Shown in pieces: positions 9,037-16,226 of a stretch of DNA of 32,000 bases. Each line of letters opens with the position of its first letter. Position 1 is the stretch's first letter. The notes below the pieces were generated by a model. It was not told where the DNA came from and did not search any database. It saw only the letters and a list, made by a program, of their open reading frames with translations. A program made the position numbers and the translations under genes. Source of the DNA: Candidatus Electrothrix yaqonensis (GTDB taxonomy: Bacteria; Desulfobacterota; Desulfobulbia; Desulfobulbales; Desulfobulbaceae); NCBI GenBank assembly GCA_047651235.1, contig CP178758.1:1560001-1592000 (forward strand), given 5' to 3'.

Positions 9037-9504
9037 CTATTCTCTTCCTTCTGGTTTGGGTCTCAGTGTTTTGTTTTCAGTCCAGCCGTTGCTGGCTGAG
9101 TCTACGCGATCGAATCTTGGAATGTATGGTTTCACGTCAATCAGTGGGGTTCCGTCGAGAACGTCTATGCCGCACACATGGAGAATGTTGCCATCCCGAC
9201 TCTCAAGTGCGACGATTGACAGCCCAATGCCGTTAGGACGACAGGGATGCCGTGATGCGAACACGCCGTGAGGTGTGTCGTCAAGAAAGGTCGGTCTGAC
9301 CAGTTCAACATCTCTTGCTCTGTCAAATTGGTAAAGCAGAATGATGTGCGAGAAGGTCTCAACGTCCTTCAGTCCTGCGGCGTACTCGGGGAAGACTTCA
9401 ACCCTTGCCTTTCCGTCCGGCTTCACGTTGCCTTGAATCGGACAACTCTCCTTCGTTCCGTAGGGTGAATGGATAACGCCAATCTGTTCGATCTCGTGTT
9501 TCAT
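9037..9504 (-). CDS. tsaA: TsaA/TrmO (YaeB) family tRNA (t6A37-N6)-methyltransferase-like protein
   Basis: The translation IGVIHSPY...CPIQG...FSHIILLYQFD...HGVFASRHPCRPNGIGLSIVALESRDGNILHVCGIDVLDGTPLIDVKPYIPRFD matches the conserved TsaA-like domain blocks. The likely start is MKHEIEQ at 9504. Confidence 0.8.
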   Translation of the reverse strand: MKHEIEQIGVIHSPYGTKESCPIQGNVKPDGKARVEVFPEYAAGLKDVETFSHIILLYQFDRARDVELVRPTFLDDTPHGVFASRHPCRPNGIGLSIVALESRDGNILHVCGIDVLDGTPLIDVKPYIPRFDRVDSASNGWTENKTLRPKPEGRE

Positions 9505-9931
9505 CTTCTCTCGTCCAACCATTGATTATCAGGCAGCCTTCCCTGATAACAGCTGATATTGACAATCTCAGGAGTATTCCCGTAATAATCCGTTATCAGG
9601 CAGGGCCGTTTTTCAAAAAAACATAACCACGCTGAATCTGAAAAGTAAATAAAAAAACGGCCGTCGAGAGGATAAAAGTACCCCGCCGGTATCACACAAT
9701 TTTCACGGAGTGCGCACTGACGGGGGCCGGAGAGGGGGCTTACAGGGGGGAATCCTGATTACCTACTCAAACTACCAGTTCCCCTGAACACAAAACCACG
9801 CATTCGTGACATACAACTGCATGCATTTGATCGGATCGAAACCATGCATTTCGTCAGTCGGACATATTGATAAATCCCCCGTCCTACACTGCACGACAGG
9901 TTCCTCGGAATACCCTGCCGTGCAGCCTGCT

Positions 9932-11899
9932 TCAGGTATACTCCCGCTTCAGCCGCTCCAGCAGATGACCGATATGAATATCCGGCGTATTCACCGGCCC
10001 CCAGTCCAGGGTGGTATGGGCCTGATTATCTTTGTCAATGGCGTTGCGCAGGCGTTGTTCCTGATCATACCACCACCTCTTGCTTGAGCCGTCCGGGCAG
10101 GAAGTGGCCTCAGTGTCGCCCCAGCGCAGTTCCGGGCAATGGTAGGGATCAAAGGAGAGCTTGAACAAGCGATCCATAATCTCCCCCAGCGTCAGGGTGA
10201 CCGTCCCTCCGCCGGAGTCGCTGTAGCGCACCTGAACACCTGATGCGTTTGCCTGCCAGAGAGCATCGTATTCCCGCACCAGCTCTTCCGCGCTGCCGCT
10301 GAACTCGTATGGATGATTGCCCGAAGCCACAGCGCTCACGCTCTGTTTGATCAGGTTGAACGTCTCCCGAATCTGGGCCTTGAGGCGGGCGTCCCTGCCC
10401 GGTGAGGAGTAGGATTCCCATTCACCCTCGGTGCCGTAGATATTATAGGGCAGGCTGGACGGATGGGCCTTTTGGTGAATGCCCTGTGCGACCGCTGCCT
10501 GCACGGATTCCACCCGCTCCTGCAGGGCTTGGTCCAAGGCGGCCAGCTGCTGCCTGATCTCTCTGACCGGATCGATTCTGCCGCTGCCCGTGGTCAGCAT
10601 CCGCTTGACCCATTGATGATAATTGAGGTCAACCCCGTCAACCCGGTAGCTGTCCTGGCATTGACTTTTACCGGAATCGAAAAACCGGGAGTTCGCATTG
10701 GAAGTCAGGACAAAGCTGCCGCTGCTGCTCACCTTCTGCTCCCGCCAGAGCCGGAAGCCTCCTCCCTGTTTGCAATAGCCCCGTGCGAAATGCGACCCGA
10801 ACCGTTTGCCGGTCAGGCTGTTGTCCGGGTGGGCATCCACGAACAAGACTGTACCGTCGTCCTCCACCTTGGAAACCACCAGCAGATGGCCGTTGGCATC
10901 GTAGTAGACCGTGCCCGGCACAATGCTGTCGCGATTCACTTGGCAGAGGTAGGTATCGGTCTTTTCCGTGGTCCAGAAAAAACGGAAAAAGCCGCTGTGT
11001 ACACTGTTGGAAATCGCTCTGGCCATTCTGGCAAAGCTGGAATAACTAAGAAAGGAACGGCGTCCTCCCGGCTTGTTGTTATTCGTATATCTGCCGCCGG
11101 AAATACTTGAATTGAAAGAAAAAGGTAGTCTTTTCTTGTAGCTAAAATAGGCACGCAGCAGATAGGGCAGGTCGGCGCAGTCGCAGTAGATGGAATTATT
11201 GCGGTCTTCCTCTGAATACAGGCTGTTCCCGGCTGGATTGCGCAGGCAGGCGGCCAGCGAGCCTTTTCTGTCGGCAAAGAGCTGTTCCACCCAGCGGGAA
11301 TACTCGGCTTCGTAGCGGTCGCTCCACTGATGCCGGGCTGTCCAGGCTGCACCTGCGCCGCCGACATTGATCTCCCCGCCCGGTTCAACAGGATCTTCAG
11401 ACCCTCCGCCGGGATTTGCTGCTGCCGCAGTGAGTTCCCGCCATGTTCTGCCGCCCACATCAATTCTGCCGTCCGGGCGGGACAGGAATCCCTGCTGAAA
11501 ATTCTGGATCGCCTGAATCAGCTCCTCTGAAACCTGATCGCTGACCGCCAGCGGGCTGGGCAATATTTTATTGAACAGGTCGTAGACGATGCGCACATCG
11601 CGGGGACGATTCTGCCCGCCCGAATCGCCCACGGAACCGCTCAGTTCACTTTCCGAGGCATCCGTCGCCGCAATGAGTTCCCGCCACGTTCTGCCGCCCA
11701 CATCAATTCTGCCGTCAGGCCGGGACAGAAAGGCCGCCTGAAAATCCCGGATCGCCGCAATCAGTTGTTCTGAAACCTGATCGCTGATTGGCAGCGGCGT
11801 CGGTAAAATTTTGTTGAACAGAGTATACACGGTACGCACATCTTCAGGACGATTCTGTCCTCCTGAATCACCCACTGAACCACTGATAGAAGCTGGCAT
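9932..11899 (-). CDS. Two N-terminal peptidoglycan-binding-like modules plus a papain/NlpC-P60-like putative cysteine peptidase domain and a long C-terminal region of unknown function; no signal peptide
   Basis: 655 aa. Two 81-aa repeats read SGSVGDSGGQNRPxDVRxVYxLFNKILPxPLxxSDQVSEELIxAIxxFQxxFLSRPDGRIDVGGRTWRELxAA. These resemble PG_binding_1 (DV..V..L...L......T..AI..FQ......DG.V...T...L). Downstream lie a Cys motif (IYCDCADLPYLLRAYF) and His motifs (YYDANGHLLVVSKV, VLFVDAHPDNS) in the order expected for an NlpC/P60-type Cys-His-His/Asp fold. Confidence 0.6.
   Translation of the reverse strand: MPASISGSVGDSGGQNRPEDVRTVYTLFNKILPTPLPISDQVSEQLIAAIRDFQAAFLSRPDGRIDVGGRTWRELIAATDASESELSGSVGDSGGQNRPRDVRIVYDLFNKILPSPLAVSDQVSEELIQAIQNFQQGFLSRPDGRIDVGGRTWRELTAAAANPGGGSEDPVEPGGEINVGGAGAAWTARHQWSDRYEAEYSRWVEQLFADRKGSLAACLRNPAGNSLYSEEDRNNSIYCDCADLPYLLRAYFSYKKRLPFSFNSSISGGRYTNNNKPGGRRSFLSYSSFARMARAISNSVHSGFFRFFWTTEKTDTYLCQVNRDSIVPGTVYYDANGHLLVVSKVEDDGTVLFVDAHPDNSLTGKRFGSHFARGYCKQGGGFRLWREQKVSSSGSFVLTSNANSRFFDSGKSQCQDSYRVDGVDLNYHQWVKRMLTTGSGRIDPVREIRQQLAALDQALQERVESVQAAVAQGIHQKAHPSSLPYNIYGTEGEWESYSSPGRDARLKAQIRETFNLIKQSVSAVASGNHPYEFSGSAEELVREYDALWQANASGVQVRYSDSGGGTVTLTLGEIMDRLFKLSFDPYHCPELRWGDTEATSCPDGSSKRWWYDQEQRLRNAIDKDNQAHTTLDWGPVNTPDIHIGHLLERLKREYT
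11420..11887 (-). repeat. Intragenic tandem duplication (2 x 243 nt) encoding the PG-binding-like module; paralogous to 12997..13449
   Basis: The SGSVG motif recurs at aa 6 and aa 87. The 42-nt core ccacgttctgccgcccacatcaattctgccgtcaggccggga at 11684-11725 is identical to 13249-13290. Near-identical copies occur around 11441-11480 and 13010-13050. Confidence 0.85.
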
Positions 11900-12002
11900 T
11901 GTTGCTCCTCCTTTTCTGGTTTACTTGTTCCGTTAATATCCCGCCAATATCCGCAACTCTTCACAAATGGCGTAGATTCATCCACCCTTTATTTACTTGC
12001 CT

Positions 12003-12398
12003 TCATTCACCAATACGACTCAGCCGAAACGTCTGCAGCTGCCCGGTCAGCTTTCCCTGCTCATCCCGGTAATCCACAACCAGTCCGACCGGCACCGACA
12101 TATTGACCTGTTCTTTTCCGCTGCCTGCTGCTTCTCTGCGGTCCGAGGAATAATACTCTTGGCCCTCGATGGGTGAGTAATCTGCTTTGCCGAGCAGTTC
12201 TTCCACCTCGCTGCGGGTCATGCCTTTGCGCAGCTGCCCGGACAGTATCTCAAGGCTGACATAATCCTTTTCCGCCTTGTAGCTGCGACTCGCCTGTTCC
12301 AGTTCATCAGCCCCGCTCTTGCAGCCGGTGAGCAGCAGCATAAAAATAAAAATGAAAAAAAGAACGCCAGGAAGCACATGCAGGTGCAGCCTGAACAA
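12003..12398 (-). CDS. Small lipoprotein with a BamE/SmpA-OmlA-like segment; candidate immunity or partner protein
   Basis: The lipobox LLLTGC is preceded by a hydrophobic h-region (VLPGVLFFIFIFMLLLTGC). The mature part contains GMTRSEVEELLGKADY, which resembles the BamE/SmpA_OmlA motif. The TTG at 12398 lies one nucleotide (G at 12399) after the upstream TAA stop (12402-12400). The start codon is uncertain, because the track ORF extends to 12455 and overlaps the upstream gene. Confidence 0.6.
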   Translation of the reverse strand: MFRLHLHVLPGVLFFIFIFMLLLTGCKSGADELEQASRSYKAEKDYVSLEILSGQLRKGMTRSEVEELLGKADYSPIEGQEYYSSDRREAAGSGKEQVNMSVPVGLVVDYRDEQGKLTGQLQTFRLSRIGE

Positions 12399-12399
12399 C

Positions 12400-13461
12400 T
12401 TAGGGTCGGGCAAAAGCAAACCCCCATCTTTTGAGATACTCAATAAAATTATCAAGATCTTCAGCCGTATCTTTGAGTACGTGCATGAGCACGTTGAACT
12501 CGCTCTGGTGCTGCTTTCGTTGAAACTGCCGCTGAATCATGGCCCGTTTGCCCGGACCGATGCCTTTGGGAGATTTCCAGTCTTCGGTGTCAATGTCCCA
12601 GTTCTGAATGGCAAGGGAAAGTTCCTTTGCCACAGCGGCAAGCTCACGGTCATAAGGGGGCCAGCCGCCTGCACCGTAGGGCGGGCGAATCCTGGTCGGC
12701 GTGACTCCGGCAGCCCTTTTGATGCTCTTCTGGGTTTTCTCCAGCTCCTTCTGCACAAAACTCCTGCTGCCTTTGGCCAGATTCGGATGGGTGTAGGAAT
12801 GATTCTGCACCGCGTGTCCTTTGTCGGCAATTTCTTTCACCGCTGCCGGATAGCTGTCCACTTCCCGGCCAAGAACGTAAAATTCTGCCTTGATGCCGTG
12901 ATGGTCCAAGGTGTCCAGAATGGAATGCAGGGCACCTGTCGGGGCCGGACCATCGTCAAAGGAGAGCAGCACCGATTTGCCGGTTCCTCCGGCCGGAGTT
13001 GTGAGCTGTCTCCACGTTCTGCCGCCCACGTCAATCCTGCCGTCAGGCCGGGACATAAACATCTTCTGCAGGTCGCGGATCGCCTGAATCAGCTCGTCGG
13101 AGCACTGGTCGCTCACTGCCAGCGGTCGTGACAAGGTTTTGTTGAACAGCGCATAGATAATACGCACATCCCGCGCTTGATTCTGTCCGCCTTCACCCAC
13201 AGAACCGGTGATTTCTTCCGGCTTTTCCACCGCTGCAGTCAGCTCGCGCCACGTTCTGCCGCCCACATCAATTCTGCCGTCAGGCCGGGAGAGAAAGCCT
13301 TCCTGGAAGTCCCTGATCGCCCGAATAAGTTCTGTTGAACATACATCGCTTACTTCCAAAGGGGCCGGAAGGATTTTGTTGAACAGGGCGTAAACTGTCC
13401 GTACATCATCGGCACGGTTCTGGCCGCCCTGACCTACTGAACCACTGAGAGAAATCGACAT
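12400..13461 (-). CDS. Two N-terminal PG-binding-like modules plus a CE4 (NodB-homology) polysaccharide/peptidoglycan deacetylase; no signal peptide
   Basis: 353 aa. It has the same duplicated N-terminal module as the 9932..11899 product. All five CE4 motifs are present: SFDDGP (TFDDG), HSYTH (H-S/T-x-x-H), RPPYG (RxPY), DTEDW (DxxDW) and VLMHVL (LxH). Confidence 0.85.
   Translation of the reverse strand: MSISLSGSVGQGGQNRADDVRTVYALFNKILPAPLEVSDVCSTELIRAIRDFQEGFLSRPDGRIDVGGRTWRELTAAVEKPEEITGSVGEGGQNQARDVRIIYALFNKTLSRPLAVSDQCSDELIQAIRDLQKMFMSRPDGRIDVGGRTWRQLTTPAGGTGKSVLLSFDDGPAPTGALHSILDTLDHHGIKAEFYVLGREVDSYPAAVKEIADKGHAVQNHSYTHPNLAKGSRSFVQKELEKTQKSIKRAAGVTPTRIRPPYGAGGWPPYDRELAAVAKELSLAIQNWDIDTEDWKSPKGIGPGKRAMIQRQFQRKQHQSEFNVLMHVLKDTAEDLDNFIEYLKRWGFAFARP
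12997..13449 (-). repeat. Intragenic tandem duplication encoding the PG-binding-like module; paralogous to 11420..11887
   Basis: The GSVG motif recurs at aa 7 and aa 86. The DNA core is shared with the neighbouring gene, as described for 11420..11887. Confidence 0.85.
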
Positions 13462-13855
13462 GGCACACCTCGCTGGTTAAAGGAGTAAAGTATTTGCGCT
13501 GCCCAAAAAACACAATATACGCCGTCAGTTTATCCGACAACTCTTTTTTCCGTGCCATCCGTTTTTTGACAGCTCAGACAGATAGACAAGAATTGTTTGT
13601 CCGACAGAGATGCTTATGGGGCTTGACAGCTACCGCTTTTGTCAAGGAAAAAGGGCGGGGAAGACGGACACGCAAATATTTGCGTCGATATGAGACAAGT
13701 GGCTGCGAAAGGAGGGTACCACCGGGAAGCCCATATGCAGTGCAGCGGATGAAAGCCCGGATTCCGTATTGGCCGAAGATGTTGAGAAAGCTCTTAATTT
13801 CTGCTGCGTAACATCAAATTTCTAAATCTCTGTTACGTTCCACAACCGGTCAATC

Positions 13856-14377
13856 TTATTTCTGCTCAATCTGCTTTTCCTCCTCTGCCCCGATCCCGAC
13901 CAGTTGTTTGATATCAACAAAGTTCATTTCATCAAGAACTGCAGGGTTGGACGTGTTCCATACTTTAATGCCGATTTTCTTGAGAGAAACGATCTTGAAT
14001 GCCGGAACAGTCTCCTTCAATGCCTTCAGTTTCTCTTCATCAGCTTCGACTGTAAGCCACAGGGCATATTCATTGTCAGCCTTTGTCTCAATTTTCAAAT
14101 AAGCCTGTTTCAGGATCAACTTGTATGTCTTAAGAAAATCGTTACCCTTCTCGTCCTTCATCTCAGGTAAGGTTATTTCTCCACCGGCAAGCGCCTTAAT
14201 ATCCTTCTGTAAGTCTGCCAGTGAGATTGGCCGGGCATTTTCTCCGGCGTTCATCTGTTTTACAACAAAAACGGTGTTGTCACCGACAGTCTGATAGGCT
14301 CCCTGCAGCACTGCACCCAGAAATTCTACTTCTGCGCCAAGCTGTACATTTGTTTTTTTTGCGTTATCGTTACTCAT
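13856..14377 (-). CDS. Hypothetical 173-aa protein; last gene of the candidate conflict operon
   Basis: The ORF track gives 13856..14431. The ATG at 14377 (MSNDNAKK) is preceded by a strong RBS, GGAAGGGAGGAAGACC. I recognised no motif, TM helix or signal peptide. The composition is AT-richer than the surrounding DNA. Confidence 0.55.
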   Translation of the reverse strand: MSNDNAKKTNVQLGAEVEFLGAVLQGAYQTVGDNTVFVVKQMNAGENARPISLADLQKDIKALAGGEITLPEMKDEKGNDFLKTYKLILKQAYLKIETKADNEYALWLTVEADEEKLKALKETVPAFKIVSLKKIGIKVWNTSNPAVLDEMNFVDIKQLVGIGAEEEKQIEQK

Positions 14378-14455
14378 GGTCTTCCTCCCTTCCTGTCCGG
14401 TTGTATGCAATTCTACCTGCTTTAGTACCAATACGTTGACATTGAACGTATCATA

Positions 14456-16162
14456 CTACAATTTCATAATAAAAAACAGCGCATAATACGGCGGCCTGTT
14501 TTCATGGGGCCTGCCAGCTCCTGCGGGCCTGCATTCTGCCGTATGCGCATGTTCTCCGGTCTCAGATGTTGCCGATGAACAAGTCTGATCGCGGTTATCC
14601 TGCTGCTGATTTTTCAGCGGACAGTCATCACCTCCTCCCCCCAAAAAACTCCGGTAATGCCTGACCAGCTCGGTGCTGTGCCGATGGCTGCCGTCTTTGC
14701 TGACTGTTATTTCATGCCTGTGCTGCGGCATATTGTCTTCTGTCAGAGCGACCGCCTCTTCCCCTCCTGTTGCCTGAACAGGATATGCTCCTCCGGCTCC
14801 GACAATGAAGCGATCCCGTAAATCAGGGGTTCCGTTGCGTCCGTTGCACAACGCCCAGCCCGGCGGGATGGCATCGGCAGCGCCGGACCACATAATAATG
14901 CCTCCTTTGGGCATAATCGGGCCTTTATCATCCTCTATTCCCCTGGTAACTTTTACATTACCGACAACATGCAGTGCCGCCTCCGGTTCATCCGTCCGGA
15001 TCCCTACTCTTTTGTCCCGCATCAGCAGCGGACTTTTCATGATGTTGCAGATAAACCGGCCGTCCCAGTAGCCGGGGATATTCTGGTACTGCAGGTATAA
15101 GTTCGCCCGTCCGGTTTTCAGCGAGGTTGTTATGTGCGTCAGGTAAAAGTCTATATGTTCTCCCGGTTCCAGGACTTTTCTGTTTTGGAAAGAAGCCGTC
15201 CATTTGGGCTTATCGCCCATGTCATCTTTTTCAATCTCATAATCGCTGTGTTCAATCTCATAGTCGCTGACATCTGTCGGGTCAATGACGTTCTCCGTGT
15301 CTTTATCGCCTAATGTCTTGTAGTAGCCTTTGGCATCTGTCAGCTCAATGGCTTTTACTTTATCTTTATTGGCCAGCGCCCATGCTTCCGCAGAATCTCC
15401 CTCTTCCTTGATATCAAACCAGAGAGCAAACCTGGAGGTCGGGGCGGAGTTGCTTTCTCCGTTGAGAATAATATCTTTGTTGTTCAGGGTGTTGGTAACG
15501 CGCAGGATAAGTTCGTTCTCTGTTTTTCCGTCGTTCAGTATGGTATTGGAACCCACAAAGCCGACGTGCAGGGGGAGCTGCCGTGCCCCTTTTCGGTACT
15601 GGATATTCAGCGTTTTTTCTCTGGCCTCCTGGCAGATGCTCAGGTTCCTGCATTTGAACAGCACCCGCGTTTTCCGGTTGCCGGTCCCTTCCCGTGCAGA
15701 CATGTTGGGCAGGGTGATGTGCAGCTCTTCGCCCGGCTCGATGACCTCTTTCTCTTTTTCTTTATGGGTTGCAAGCACATACAGAGAAACCGTGTCGCCG
15801 TCCTGTTCCGCATCCAGTTTGATATTCCAGCGGGCTTTGCCTTTCTGATCAAGGCGTAACTGATTTGCATCCCCGATAATGCGGTCTTTGGCTGCATCTC
15901 TGATTTTGTCCGCCCGTTTTTCTGCAAGCAGGGTGCCCTTTCTGAAAACAATCTCAAAATGATGGTGTTCTTTGTCGGCCCATTGATTTTTGAGGTCAAA
16001 TTGCTTCAGCGTAACCGGTTTTTGGGAATTATTTCTCACCGAAAAGCAGACCGCTGTGTCCACAGGATTGTCGGTAATATACAGCACACTGTTGTGGTCC
16101 TGATCATACAGCCTGAAATCAAGGGGGAACTGCTCTGTAAATGTATCAGCAGTGCTGCTCAT
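14456..16162 (-). CDS. Phage tail-collar (tail-fibre-like) domain protein with an N-terminal beta-rich region
   Basis: 568 aa. The C-terminus reads GGIIMWSGAADAIPPGWALCNGRNGTPDLRDRFIVGAG...MPQHRHEI...GSHRH...GEHAH...ENRPPYYALFFIMKL. This matches the tail-collar pattern of G.I..W......P.GW..C.G, His-rich inserts and N.PPY.al.fi.K. It is preceded by VGIRTDEPEAALHVVGNVKV, a motif common just before tail-fibre tip domains. The RBS AAAGGAGA lies upstream of the ATG at 16162. Confidence 0.75.
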   Translation of the reverse strand: MSSTADTFTEQFPLDFRLYDQDHNSVLYITDNPVDTAVCFSVRNNSQKPVTLKQFDLKNQWADKEHHHFEIVFRKGTLLAEKRADKIRDAAKDRIIGDANQLRLDQKGKARWNIKLDAEQDGDTVSLYVLATHKEKEKEVIEPGEELHITLPNMSAREGTGNRKTRVLFKCRNLSICQEAREKTLNIQYRKGARQLPLHVGFVGSNTILNDGKTENELILRVTNTLNNKDIILNGESNSAPTSRFALWFDIKEEGDSAEAWALANKDKVKAIELTDAKGYYKTLGDKDTENVIDPTDVSDYEIEHSDYEIEKDDMGDKPKWTASFQNRKVLEPGEHIDFYLTHITTSLKTGRANLYLQYQNIPGYWDGRFICNIMKSPLLMRDKRVGIRTDEPEAALHVVGNVKVTRGIEDDKGPIMPKGGIIMWSGAADAIPPGWALCNGRNGTPDLRDRFIVGAGGAYPVQATGGEEAVALTEDNMPQHRHEITVSKDGSHRHSTELVRHYRSFLGGGGDDCPLKNQQQDNRDQTCSSATSETGEHAHTAECRPAGAGRPHENRPPYYALFFIMKL

Positions 16163-16226
16163 GATTGATTCTCCTTTGTATTTTTGCAGTCCTGTCTTGA
16201 GATGATGCTGGCATTTTCAGCAGAGT

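Noticed and set aside
9501-10087. ORFs 9501..9695 (minus, 64 aa) and 9806..10087 (plus, 93 aa) in or near the 9523-9931 intergenic region.
   Set aside because: The first overlaps the tsaA start region and has no RBS or motif. The second runs antisense into the 3' end of the 9932..11899 gene. Neither looks like a real gene, so the region is treated as non-coding.
12218-12455. The long version of the lipoprotein ORF (start at 12455) and the alternative-frame ORF 12218..12427.
   Set aside because: The 12455 start would overlap the deacetylase gene by 56 nt and add a non-signal-like N-terminus. A TTG at 12398, immediately after the upstream stop, gives a canonical lipoprotein signal peptide. The other ORF is out of frame with the lipobox-containing frame.
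10463-13131. Long plus-strand ORFs 10463..11110 and 12319..13131, plus several shorter ORFs on either strand.
   Set aside because: They are antisense to or out of frame with the PG-binding/papain-like and CE4 deacetylase genes, whose frames carry complete catalytic motifs. The alternative translations are Arg/Pro/Gly-rich and motif-less.
13464-13480. A TGGCAC-containing sequence (TGGCACACCTCGCTGG) resembling the -24 element of a sigma-54 promoter.
   Set aside because: The -12 element does not match the required GC spacing. The site is also on the plus strand, with no plus-strand gene downstream.
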